A stretch of DNA of 64,000 nucleotides from positions 189,255-253,254 of the forward strand of contig NMRA01000184.1 of assembly GCA_002633005.1 (NCBI GenBank), written 5' to 3'. Under the pieces are notes generated by a model, which saw only the letters and a list, made by a program, of their open reading frames with translations, was not told where the DNA came from and ran no database searches. A program made the position numbers and the translations under genes. The DNA comes from Phoronis australis. Taxonomy: Eukaryota > Animalia > Phoronida. Of this stretch, positions 38,726 through 50,750 are shown one piece after another (positions within the stretch are counted from its first letter, which is position 1; each line of letters starts with the position of its first letter).

Positions 38726-38836
38726 TCACCGCGGACCCCACTTGATGTTGTTTAGCCCCTGGAACTGTCTCTTGAGGGCGCCACTGTCAGCCCACGCAGA
38801 GTCCATGTATGAGTCATCTTGCTCAGCCTCAAGTTT
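38726..38836 (-). CDS. CFAP298: CFAP298 last coding exon (KLEAEQDDSYMDSAWADSGALKRQFQGLNNIKWGPR*)
   Basis: cctacag acceptor; 111 nt ending in TGA; conserved family C-terminus. Confidence 0.94.
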   Translation of the reverse strand, partial: KLEAEQDDSYMDSAWADSGALKRQFQGLNNIKWGPR

Positions 38837-39188
38837 CTGTAGGAATTGGAAATGAGAATCATGGTCATCATACAATACACGGCTTACTTACTTCCCACAG
38901 TTAAGGGAACAAAGGATATATTCATCGGCAGTTACACCGTTACCCTCTCATCTGCCCTCCTCCTGAAGGGTCAGCAAAATCGAAATAACTGACATAAAAC
39001 ACATATGTTGACAAGATTGCCATTTTTAAACCGTGATTGAAAAGGACAAAATCTGTTCCCATAGAAAATCAATGAAAATTTCAAAGCCAAATTTTGGAAA
39101 GATTTGGTAATATTTTGCGACTGCACTGGTTTCCTACAGCAAAGCTAGAAGTTTTTCTACAATATATTTCTCCCCTGTCTCCACTTGC

Positions 39189-39284
39189 CTTCATCTCTTC
39201 TTGTTTCTTGTAGTAATACATCATCATCTGCTTCTGATCATCCTCACTCACCACGGGTTCACGACCTGGTGCCCCTTGACCTCT
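39189..39284 (-). CDS. CFAP298: CFAP298 coding exon 6 (RGQGAPGREPVVSEDDQKQMMMYYYKKQEEMK)
   Basis: ttgcag acceptor and non-canonical AAG|GCAAGT donor; 96 nt. Confidence 0.9.
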
Positions 39285-39751
39285 CTGCAAGATCAAACAG
39301 GAGTCTTATGACATGCGTATGACACAGACATGAACCCAAGATTACAGATTTATGAGATATTCAATCACCTGGTGACTAGACACTTAGCACGTTTCCTCTC
39401 CTTCGGTGACATGATATCCCACAATTCATTAGGCATACACCATTTCCATCAATCCGTAAAAAGTCCATTGCTTGAGCCTTGCACAACTTCCCTAACCAAC
39501 CAGTCATATCAGGATTTTTGTACATGTATTACGCAAAAAAGCAAAGTCAGTTGTCATTTACAATGAAACATTTCAAGTCAGGTCAAGTAGTGATGTCCAT
39601 TTTGAGCAGTTTGCCCAAACCACAAGGAGTAGTGGAGATAACATCACTCCATGCTAGAAGAGAATAAGCCTGAAAGAAATTGACTTGAACCAGCATAAGC
39701 ACTCTAAAGACGGCGTAGTTTCACCCAGTCTTGCCTGCTATGCACACTCAC

Positions 39752-39883
39752 TTTCTGTAGTTTTGCGATTATTTTTGTCTTCTCATTCTTGCCTACAAAG
39801 TCCATAAGCTTCTTGCCCCTGGTCATCTCCTTGCCTGAGAACCATAGAGCAGCATGAGACTCTTCTATGACTTCAAGGGAAGC
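39752..39883 (-). CDS. CFAP298: CFAP298 coding exon 5 (ASLEVIEE...LWFSGKE...GKNEKTKIIAKLQK)
   Basis: ttgcag acceptor and gtgagt donor; 132 nt. Confidence 0.94.
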
Positions 39884-40570
39884 CTGCAAGGCAGGTATAC
39901 ACGATATAACAAAAAGATTGAGGTGAGGAACAAACTGGTACCAGCACTTTATTGTAATTTTTGTTTATTTGGGAGTTAAAAAAGCTCAGCAGTCTGAGAA
40001 ATTCTATGTTCAATAGTGATTGGTTGAGTTAATCAGAGCAGATATTGCACTCATTTCTCGATTCAAAGTACGCAGTAAAAGTAAAGAAAAATGTGTCACA
40101 CATGATGTACAGTTTTCAGTCGGCCCACAGTGTGGCAGAAAGACAAAATTCTCAACAAAAATAATCCTTAAGAAAATTATACTTAATTGTTTGCATTGTA
40201 TTTAGAGTGTGTTCATCTTCAAACTAACATTTAACACAAATCACGCATTTGGAGAAATATACAGTCTTCAAAACTCGAAAAGTTGCAATATTAACACCTT
40301 ATTCCACATTGAAGAATTTTTACCTCTTGACCTGAGTGACCAAGAAACAGTCAACATGAAATTTAAAAAATGACAATGGTTTGGTAAGGCTACAAGGTTG
40401 ATTTAAGACACAGTAGGCAACAACAAAGAACCACCCTCTCAAGAAACAGTTTAAATTTTTAACTCACTGGATGCGTTATGGAGAGCATATAGCACATTGT
40501 ACGCTAAAACTCAAGCATCGGTGTCCAAAACTGATGCAGAATCATAGAGCTCACAATTGACAGAAATCAC

Positions 40571-40729
40571 CTGTGTTCCTGATAAATCTTCCTCATTGTC
40601 AAACTCCATTTTGATTGGATCATGAGGTGGCAGTCCCATTGGGTAGACTATCATGACAGCACCGCGTAATATGTCCAGGCAGTCTTTAATGGTTGTCTGG
40701 GTAACAAGGATGTTGGCTTGAGCTTGTTT
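40571..40729 (-). CDS. CFAP298: CFAP298 coding exon 4 (KQAQAN...LRGAVMIVYPMGLPPHDPI...DLSGTQ)
   Basis: cttcag acceptor and cag|gtgatt donor; 159 nt. Confidence 0.94.
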
Positions 40730-41650
40730 CTGAAGAAAGTGCAATAAATAGCAGTGAGCATAATAGGCAATAGTGTGTGGTTGTGTTTACGTACTATACT
40801 CACATCAAGTGGGTGTTTAGGCGGAACATTTTTTCTCGGGAAAGTTTAGTCACAATGACAGTACTAGATGACTGTATAAATTCTCTCAAGCTGTATTTCA
40901 ATGTTTAGGTGGCTAAAAACAAAAAAAACATCCAAATATGAATTTCACTCATAAAGTTGGTCTCATAATATACCTTGCGGTAACAAGATTCAGTTTCCGT
41001 TGTTAACAAGAACATCGAAACCACAAGCACTACACACTTTATTTGGGTTGATCAACCCTAAAGTTACAAATTTGAAAATGGCACGTGTATGCATTGCCAG
41101 TGACTGAAAATGGTAAATGGAAATGGAATGCTATCACGGTAAAGAATATTATGAGACTGATTATACAAGAGTAAAGGCCCAATTTGATTTTCAGTTTTTA
41201 ACCAGCTAAACAGAGCAAAATGCACCAAGCCTTGATAAGTAAGATTCATACAAACCAAGTTCTTATTGACACCATTGTTCAAGACGATTGAATATGTTCA
41301 CAACAATACCATATATTGGTTTAATTTGAATGTCTGGAGCACTGTATTAAAGCGGCATTAAACGCATCCTTTCTGTCAGAAACCAAGTTTTGATTTAGGC
41401 CACTTACCGGTGTAAAATGGTCTTAGTTTAGTAGAATTTCTAGATTCAAGACCAAGCTCATAAAATTTCAGGTTCCACCACTTTGATTTTCAACAGTAAG
41501 TTCTTGCTTAGTACATCATTAAGCCATTACATAAACTCCATATTTTTGTAAAGGAATTTTTGGCGTCTTCAACAAAATAAAACACAACACTGACTCGCAT
41601 CAATATTTTGTAAAAGATGAGATCTTCAACACAAATGACTTATTACTTAC

Positions 41651-41718
41651 TTTGTCTATTTTTTCTTTTGCTTCATGGATAGTCTTTTTTATAACTTCTT
41701 GCATTTTTTCATTGGGAG
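41651..41718 (-). CDS. CFAP298: CFAP298 coding exon 3 (APNEKMQEVIKKTIHEAKEKIDK)
   Basis: ttttag acceptor and gtaagt donor; 68 nt, phase 1 to 0. Confidence 0.93.
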
Positions 41719-41820
41719 CTAAAAAGAAATCACCATTTTCATAAAACCTGCACAATTTCAATACCCATTTTCTACGAAAGTTTTCTTTGAGAAAAAGTGC
41801 AAAAATGTTGCTCAGACTAC

Positions 41821-41850
41821 AAAACAAAACAAAACAAAACAAAACAAAAC
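41821..41850. repeat. (AAAAC)6 microsatellite
   Basis: Seen directly in the sequence. Confidence 0.95.
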
Positions 41851-42579
41851 AGCGTAATATTAAACCTTCACAAACAGTCAAAAAGTTGATAAAAATAACC
41901 AGACAATAACTGACATCTATCAACCAAGGCCTGACCTTAAGCAAGCATCCCACGTACTTAAGAGTAAATTATAACAATTTGCATAACAAGTTAACATTTT
42001 CAAAAATTATTGAATAAATGAAAAGTCAGTAAGTGACACAGGTCTGCAAACTAATCGCGCTAATATGGCAGATTCCAAAGATTGACACATTATTATGTCT
42101 GAAGTTGTCCAAAACTGTAAAGAAGAGCAGAGGATTATGGGATTGAGGAGAACTGACAAATCAGATGACTATCTCAATAATGGGGTATTTGCAGGTCATT
42201 TTTTTGTGCATCGCAGTCAATGTGGGTCTCAGTCTATTGGAAATACAGTCCTTGCCAAAAGTAATCAGACAACACACTGGGTAATGACCCACTATGACTA
42301 CTCTGAAAGTGAATTTCGCTTGCACCCATGACGGGATGAAGGGGAATTATGGGTCACTTTGTCTGATAATTTTTGGTGTGCACTGTAGACTAGTTCTATG
42401 ACAGATCTTCAAATAGTCAAGCTAGAAGGTGATTACCATGACATTTTTGGAAAAAGCAAGTCAATAAAACAGAATAGTGCTCTTGACTAGATCAGCTCGG
42501 AAGAACATGAGATAATTGACAACAAATTAAAAAGAAATTTTACAATAGAAAAGGAAAAAATTAACACCACATTACACAC

Positions 42580-42747
42580 CCTTGCCATTCCGTCGACCAA
42601 TTTTGTCTTGATTGTAGACAGCACCCCCACTTGGTATGCATTTGTCTTCCCAGTCATCTTTTAATTTCAGATCCACAACCTGCTCTTCCGTCAGCCCCTG
42701 CATGTTGGGTGGCAGTGTAATGCCATGGTCTGCCAGCATTTCCATCT
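42580..42747 (-). CDS. CFAP298: CFAP298 coding exon 2 (EMEMLADHGITLPPNMQGLTEEQ...IGRRNGK)
   Basis: ttccag acceptor and g|gtgtgt donor; 168 nt, phase 1-1. Confidence 0.93.
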
Positions 42748-43516
42748 CTGGAATAACATTGATTTACAAAACTTCACACAGGGCCTTTGTCAAAACCAAT
42801 TTTTGAGAAAATAATGTTCAGCTAAGAACAGACTCAGTTGAGCAAGTTCAATGATTACAAATATCAGCATAAAAACTCAAGGAAAACTTTGGCCTTCATT
42901 TCTTTTCGGTAGTGTTATCAGGAGAGGTACAAACAAAAGAAAATTTACTGACACATTACATTGTAAACAATTTTGGGAAAGGATATTAACATTGTTTTGA
43001 AGCACAAAATAATACATCTATGGCCAATTTATACTTCATCATCAAAACCATGGGCCATTATAGTGGAACTAGCACACTAATTCCTTATCTCTGTGATTGC
43101 TTGGTCAGTCTAGTTAGAAACACAACATATAGTGATGATGTGAATATGAAGTTGGTTGAAAACTGCCCAATGTTTTTAAGTACGAGTTTTGTATTGAAAA
43201 TGTTCCGCCATAAATCACTCAACAATGTCCAGTAAGTATCGTGACGTGGTGCTAGGGAATAACACTGCATTTAACCTGGGCTACGTGAACCCCCAAGGTA
43301 CATCACTAGTGCAAAGGTCACCTATATGCAGAACTCTTTGTTTCCACATTTACAAGTTGTCAGTGAATACAACTGCCCTTTGTTTAGCATAAATGATGTT
43401 CAAATAGCATTGTCATTTAGTTCCTGCTGTACATTAGCATACATAGGAGCATGTAAATACATCTTTAAATTACATATACGGAATATCTTGTTACTAATTA
43501 GAATTAGTTCAAGTAC

Positions 43517-43655
43517 CTGAGCATAACCTTTGAACTTTAAGTCGGCCATTGTAAATAGCTGTGACATCCTTTAGTAAGTCATCTATTGCCTGTGCGACTG
43601 TTGTCTCATAAAGGAACTGAACCTCATCTCCTTTCTTTATGGTGAGCTTTACCAT
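43517..43655 (-). CDS. CFAP298: CFAP298 coding exon 1 (MVKLTIKKGDEVQFLYETT...KVQRLCS)
   Basis: aaaATGg start and g|gtactt donor; 139 nt. Confidence 0.93.
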
Positions 43656-44425
43656 TTTAATCTGTTCTGAAAACAATAAGGCATTATTCAACAAAATATT
43701 GATAAACTTGAGCAACTTTCAATGAAGTCAGTTGGTCATAGTTTTGACATCAGTGAAAACTAGTCATCTCGGCAATGCTTCATAATGTTCTAAAGCTACG
43801 TATGACTAAGGGGGAAATGCAAAAATTCTTTTGCCATTTTTAGATGACTTTATGCATTTTAGCAGAAAGAGAAAGACAATCTCAACCAGCTTAGCAGACT
43901 TTCAATTCCTCAAATACTAGCAGTCCCACACTGGTCCTGAAGGTCTTGTTAGTAATCTAGAATCTGCTAATCTAAAAAACTAACTAAATGTAATTTATAT
44001 GTCCACTATAAAGCACTGTCAAGAGTCATACTGCAGACATTAATCACAACTGTAACTGGTTTGAATTGGTCAAGACCGAATATGGTGGGAAACTGTGAGA
44101 CAAGTGCAGTTAAAACTCTCCCTTATTCAAGACACAATGTGGGGGATGAGTCAAATATTATTTGTCCACCAACAACACCAAGTAAAAGATTTAATCTCAC
44201 AAAATTGTAGTCAGTAAGACAAGAAAGCTACTGGCTAACTAAATTGTACGATGATTATCATCAAATAACAGCTAGGTACCACTGTATGTTCAGCGCTTAC
44301 AGACCTCAAAATTGCACACAATCATGGTAGTTCTGCTCGTCACCTCGCTGTGAAACTTGTATCAACATGTAGAGCTAAAGACTGGACGGGTTGCATACAA
44401 ATTCTGTGAATTAACCGACACTCAC

Positions 44426-44560
44426 CTCGCCCATTACAGCCGTTTAAGTGAAAAACAATCTAATAAAACGTCATTTTCTTGCATAATTCTTTGCCTTTTG
44501 TAACAATGAAAAGTATTTCATGGTTTTGAAAACAGTACGCTTGTGTCACGCAAACGCACC
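44426..44560 (-). other. CFAP298: Probable first (mostly 5' UTR) exon of CFAP298; 5' boundary approximate
   Basis: Strong GAG|GTGAGT donor at 44426/44425. Coding exon 1 has acceptors just 6 and 11 nt before its ATG, implying an upstream exon. Confidence 0.55.
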
Positions 44561-44830
44561 ATTTCCAGCAACAAAATTAATTCTGAAATTTGGTTTGCTG
44601 GAATTAAAATACAAAAAACTTGTAACTAAATGAAACCAGTTCGGATAATTCGTTGTGACATCTACGCAACCCCGTGGAAAAAGAACAGTTGATTGAAAAA
44701 TCAGCGAAAAAAAGAAACTGGCTAATAGGTGACGCAATATTTCATGGCGCTGAAAGCCGACGAAAAAGATCGCTCCACAACATTAGCAGCAGAATAACGG
44801 TAGGACGCCATTTTTTCCAACACCGTTAAA
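44490..44830 (-). promoter_or_regulatory. Candidate CFAP298 promoter region
   Basis: Locally CpG-richer. RFX X-box-like GTTGCTGGAAAT (- strand, 44561-44572), GTGACGCAAT near 44730 and YY1-like CGCCATTTT near 44806. Motif matches only. Confidence 0.4.
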
Positions 44831-46799
44831 TAATTTAATTTACTCAAGGAAGAGTGTAGTTTTTAATGGCACTAATTTCGTGTCAGACTTTATGTGGTCA
44901 GTTTTTTACCCACATCGGTGCAAAGCTGCATATTTAGTATACAACTTTTCACCAAAGCTAACTGTAATTGGTGCTTTGAAGTTGGTAACAAACTAAGCAA
45001 ACAAGTCACTCAACTGAATTTGCATGTGCATCAGTGAACAATCAACATTGTAGCCATACATTTTTAGAGTTTTAGAAGTCAAACCACACAAGGTAAGCAT
45101 GGATTCAAGTGGCCAGCTGTGTTTAGTGCAGCATAACTAATCAGCTAATTGGCCGTTTCACGTCACTGCTCATGTCATGGGGACTGTGAAAATAATTTCT
45201 CATTTAACCATATGTAAGGTAATGGCTTGCTGCGCAAATTTTGTCGGGGTGAATAGCAACAATCAGCTTATCTGGACAACTTCATGGAAGAATAATCATG
45301 GAACACACATGGAGTTTTAGCTGTATTTTGAAGCTAGTCTTCGACTTCAGTTCATACTGACACATGCACCCTGTAAGTACTTATTTACAGATGTCTTATC
45401 TACAAGCACCCGAATTTTCTAGTGACTCTGTCATAACCATACAAAGGAAATCTGACACTAAAAACTTTGTAGAGCCTGATGTTCGAACCTCAGTTGTATC
45501 AACAGGGCCCTCAATCCCTGTGAAAATATTTGAAAACCACGCAAAATTCCCCTTGTGACGCCCAAAACTTCAGGTCACTTGTAACTCACAGGCGATGATT
45601 TGAAAAAGCACTAAACATTAGTTTCGGCTACTTAAGGAAGAGCCTAATAAGGCTAGAGGAAGGGGTTGGGGTGCTATTGGTGCTGATGGGGCAGAAGGGG
45701 ATTCAACTAGCCCCTAACCCAAAAAATCCCCCCTCAGAAGGCACAGGCTCTTTTCCCATCAGGTGAACAAGGACTGCACATGATCAAAAACAAAGAAAAT
45801 CTGCGAGCATCTCTTTCAGACCAACTGGAAATATATAAACCCCGGACCACAGGCCTCAGATAGCCAGAACATAAAACTACGAAGACTTATCTTTCATCAT
45901 CAAAAACCTATACCGAGTACTATAGTCTGTACGCAAACGAGGTTGTCTATCAAACAGACATCAGCAGGTCGACGTGTATGACCCGACACATGACACTGAC
46001 TGAATGACGAATTTGATAGCTTCACCGTTATTGAGAGTTACCTCTCACCTCCACTCTCCAAAAGACAAAACCTTGTAACAAAATTAATGATTTCCAATGA
46101 CAAATTTTCTTACTTTTGAACGAGAACAAAGAAATGTTTTGACAAACGCACTCCTCCAAGAACTAGCGGAAGTTTCCAGAATATGTACATGTACCGAGGA
46201 AAACGTATTGTTGTCATGGTGAGTCTAACGAACCCAAATCAACTTCAGAGAAAATTTAATATTTTTGTTCAATACTAACATGGAACACCAGGACATTAAA
46301 TGTAATTAATTTGTAAGTGCACTTCATGGAATTTTTAATATACTTACGAGAAGCTCTAAGTTTTTCCAAAACGCTGGCTGGTGAGAATCCATTTCGAACC
46401 TAACCGCAAGAGGTCGCCACATAAAACTAATTCTAGATTCTATTTCTGTTGCACTGGATGAATGAGCTATATAAGAACTTACCTAATCATGCCATAGGAG
46501 CAGAGCAAAATATAAGGTATCCATCAATACGTCAGTGTAACATCGTTTCTGGTCCATTTTTTTAAAAATCCACACCGAGTGCAACACCAAAGGCAATTTA
46601 TCATCATTGAAATTTCAGCTCTGTATGTTCAGCACATTAAAAATGCTAAATAGGCCGATGCAATGCACGTTTTGCAAGACAATAAGAAAAAAATAAGTCA
46701 GGTGTGTGGCATACTTAGTGAATGTACAAAAACACATTCGCTCTCTTTCATATCGTTGGATCCTTTTTTTTTAAAATACCATGATGTAATTTATATACA

Positions 46800-46805
46800 T
46801 TTATT
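46800..46805 (-). terminator. Candidate poly(A) signal of ARID1
   Basis: TTTATT on +, about 440 nt past the stop, in an AT/TGTA-rich tract. Confidence 0.4.
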
Positions 46806-47245
46806 TGAATTCAATGTACATGTCTTTGTTCAAAGTCCATATATCAAAACTACAATGAACAAGTGTAACAATGGCCAGACTATACTTTACATATAACTAA
46901 ACAATTGAAGACCTTCTTCAATTCTGTACAACACAAGAGAACATACCACCCAAGTACATCCGATGTATCACAAGACTGGATGAAAAACGGTTTCTGAAAA
47001 CCCCAAGATTCACTAGTGGAATCACACCTACGAACGTTTCTGTACAAAATAAACTTACAAAAATATTCAACACTACATTCATGACTACAAATTTTACATG
47101 CATTTTCTTAACTATTAAACATGTGCTTGCACGTACAAGAATAATCAGATTTGAATGAATCCCTTCTCATCTCAATGAGTTAACATAGATAAAACAAATG
47201 ACACTTAATGTAAACTGAGACACCTAGGCACTAAAAGTCTTCAAG

Positions 47246-49350
47246 TTACTCCATGTCCGACGACGAGGGCAGAGCACATTCGTATAAAACTTCCGACAAA
47301 AGCTGGGCCACGTACTGGTCCAGGATCTGCGACATAACCAGGGCCAGCAGACGATCTTGGTGATGCATGAACAGCGGTCTGTTCTCAGGCACCTGCGATA
47401 AGTAGAGTAGTGTGTAAGCAGCGCGTCGCAGCATGTCTAACGTCGTGCCCATCATCTCGGGGTTGGTCCGTAGCACGTTAACACCTTGCGTGTTTGCAAT
47501 CTGCAAGGCGTTGTGTTCCGCTGTCTCCAGGAAGTCGATGAGAAGAGAAATGCTGGGGTGCTGAAGAGCTAGTGCCCGGGCTGCGCTAGCATCACCCTGA
47601 ACGAGGTTTGAAAGCAACACAATAGCAAACTCCCTCAACACCTGCTCACGATTGTTAGACAGCATCCACACCAAGTTCTCAAACAGCTTCACGATCCGGC
47701 TAAATGGTTTAGTGGCTAGAATAAGGTCAACGTTAGAATCATGCACGCACAGCTTGCAGAGAGTCTCCAGGACTAGACGCTGTGGAGACAGGACGGAGTG
47801 TGACGGCTGAGTGGGCAGGGGATCTTGGGCATAAGCAGATGGACAGGTGATCCAGTATAAGAGGCCGTCGAAGATGGGGTAGCACACCTGCTCTGGACAG
47901 TCTATCAGTTCTAAGTGACCAGCAATGTTAGCCAGCGTGACGAATGTGTGTTCACGGACCATGTTGAGACAACGCCACCACCACTGTTGGTGTGGACTAG
48001 ACAGGCTGTTGCTACCACCATCATCTTCGGCTTGCTCTGACTCCACTTGATGCTCAACATTGGCATCGTCCTCCAGCTTATCTCGCACACGTCTCTGGTA
48101 CTTAGTTGTGTTCTCAGAGTCCACATGAAGGTTCAGTAGCTCACCTAGGGTCAGCAGTAGACCCCTGTGTCTGGCCAGCTCACTGTCGCTACCAGGAATG
48201 AATGACAAATTGCGCACAATGTTGGCTAGACACAAACAACGCCTCTGCAGCTCCTCCTGGTGTTCAGAGCTCAGCTCCAGCACGGGCACATCGCGGTTAT
48301 ACGGCTCCACTTCGATACAGTCGCTGAAACGACGTTTGCGTATCCTAGCAGAGAAATCATCACTAGTCGACATCCCATTGCACTTTAGCTCGGCACAACT
48401 TTCAGCTGTTTCCAAACCGGATTTTGTTTTTTCCACACCATATTTTGTCGTTTCCACGTCAGATTTTGTTTCCACGCTTGATTTTGTCTCATCAGCATCA
48501 TCAGTCTTTTTATCATTGCACTTGGTCTCACCGCTACTGCACTCCACCTTTAGTGGAACTTCTTTTTCACATTTTATGTTGTTTGTGATCTTTTCCTGCT
48601 CTTCATTTTTTGTGAGAACAGGTATTGAACTAACAGGACCAGCCTCCTTGGGTTTGGAATCCTGCACCTCAAGAACAGGTGGCTCTGACTTCACATCTGT
48701 TGTGTAACCACTATCCTCAGACTCTTTGCTTTTAGTTGACCCCGAGTCACTACTTCCGATATCGTGTTCAACTTCTTCTCCATGGAAAGGTTCCGACTCT
48801 TCTTTAGTTTCCCTTTTGAAGTCTAATATTTTAGTGCCAAAAAATTTCTGCGTAAACATGTCCTTGGTGTCCTCTCGTTCAAAACTCAACATTACATGTC
48901 GAGCAGAGTCCGACTTGCCCAAGACAAAGTCTTTCTTGCTACTGTCAAAACCACAGAACACATCCCAGTCGCTGTCAGTGAGAAACTGACACGGCTTTGT
49001 TTTGGGATCCAAGAGAACCTGTTTGTTCTGCCGCGTAGTCCACGTATAATCCTTTCCATGCAACAGAACAGTGCTTTCACACTCTCCACTGCTCTCTGAG
49101 TCTTTACTACTCCTGTTACCCTTGCTCTCAGTCTCGATCTCGTGTAAGTTGATTTCTGTGAAGATGGCCTTCAGTGCCCGGCGGTAATGTAAGAGGATGA
49201 TGTCTAGGAAGCCTGGAAAGTGCTGCAGGTTGAGGTGGATGGCACTGGAGTTGTCATACAGCAGGATGCTCAACATGTCTAAGGCCCAGCGGCTCTCTGC
49301 CAGTAGCCCCGACTTGAGACACATCATCAAGCGCCATGGGTCTACTTTTT
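47246..49350 (-). CDS. ARID1: ARID1 terminal exon, BAF250_C armadillo-like domain
   Basis: tttccag acceptor; 2105 nt, phase 1 to TAA; lies within the 712-aa ORF of the track. Confidence 0.96.
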
Positions 49351-49948
49351 CTGGAAAGAGTAGAATTAGTTTATCAAACAGCAACCAAATTAATCAAGAT
49401 GCTGCATGTACAGTATCAATTCCTTGAGGTTACAAGTCGGTGCATTTGGACAAATGATCTTTCTGAAAGGAGGAGGCTAGTACAGTTTACTGTTGTCATG
49501 GATTGGTGGTGTGACCGTACGGTATATGTGCTGAAGTTAAACGAACTACAATATTTTTGTAACCATGGTTACTCATGACTTTGAACTATAATCTTTTCAG
49601 CAAAAATAAGACACGTGACAAGTATCACTACATTTTCACAGGTAGAATGCAGAATAAGAGGTGACTGGAGGAGCAGGGAAATTTTCCCCCCCCAACAAAA
49701 AATTATCCTGTCAGAAGGTATAGCCACTTTTCCTTTCATGTGAGCGTAGGCCCTGATGTATCAATAGAAAACTGATTCATGACAGCGAAAACATTGAAAT
49801 AATAGTCGTGAATATTTCCCAAACTAGCGCTACCACCACCACTAATTAAGAGAGAGTGGTCAAACTTTAGCCAAGGCACCAGAGCTATTATGGTACAGGC
49901 ATTACCACAAGAGTAGAAATTAAAACGGACATTTCCTGAAAAACCTAC

Positions 49949-50039
49949 CAACATCACGACACGTAAGTTTCCTTCGCTTTATGAAGTTAGGTTGTGTGGC
50001 CTCTACGCTGCCATGAGGGAAGACCAGCTCACGCTTGGG
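49949..50039 (-). CDS. ARID1: ARID1 exon (PKRELVFPHGSVEATQPNFIKRRKLTCRDV)
   Basis: ttttcag acceptor and g|gtaggt donor; 91 nt; conserved ARID1 motif. Confidence 0.93.
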
Positions 50040-50577
50040 CTGAAAATAACAAAAAGCTACTGAACAGTGTTAACAAAACAGAAAAGTACAAGAAGAAATC
50101 ATGATGGCCATCCGTCTAAACAGAGCTCACAAAACGTTTCGCCAATTCTTTTATCATGAAGTGACCCCCAATTAATTTGAGAGCTACTTTCATTCACCAG
50201 CCACCTTTTATCACTGTAGTTGATGCACTGGTTTTACTAGATTGTTCATGTTGACCTTAGGATGCATGGTCATCCAATCATTATATCATTTTTGACCCTG
50301 TCACCTCTACGCTGAGGAGCAGGATGAACTGCACAAGACTCTCACAGCGAGAAATGTTCCGTTATTTAAACCTCACCAACAATCAGAATGGGAACTGCCC
50401 CTAATCACTTCAGTGTCTGTATGTGTGCATCCATCTACATGGGTGTGTTGCAACTTATGTATTGTTAAGTATTACAATATTCAAGGAAAATCACTTTAGA
50501 GGCAGCCAGTGCTAATCTACACCAGTAACCTCTGGAGTTCAATAGCAAAACACTCGCCATTCACTAGTTCCACCTAC

Positions 50578-50750
50578 CTGCACCTTAGCTGGTGACTGAT
50601 AAAGCTGCTGAGGTTTACTGTCCTTGTGAGGAGACATGCGCGGCTGCATCACTGGGCGCTGGGAATAAGGGGGCAGGGGAGGCATGTTGGAAGAGTTGGG
50701 GCCCATCCCCTCCTGGAATCTGGGCTGCATCGGCCAATCACGGCGCTGGC
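50578..50750 (-). CDS. ARID1: ARID1 exon, P/Q-rich (QRRDWPMQPRFQ...SPAKVQ)
   Basis: cccacag acceptor and cag|gtaggt donor; 173 nt, phase 1 to 0. Confidence 0.85.

Larger units (their letters stand above)
38726..43655 (-). other. CFAP298: Gene model (complete CDS): cilia- and flagella-associated protein 298 (C21orf59/kurly/FBB18), 290 aa
   Basis: complement(join(38726-38836,39189-39284,39752-39883,40571-40729,41651-41718,42580-42747,43517-43655)) is 873 nt. Family motifs: MVKL..KKGDE.QFLY, IYNGRLKVQRLC, HGITLPPNMQGLT, GRRNG, LRGAVMIVYPMGLPPHDPI, LWFSGKE, GKNEKTKII.KLQ, GAP.REP, IKWGPR*. Confidence 0.96.

Noticed and set aside
48198-48707. 169-aa + strand ORF and other ORFs antisense to ARID1 exons
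   Set aside because: Shadow frames of GC-richer coding sequence, with no recognisable domain or splice support.
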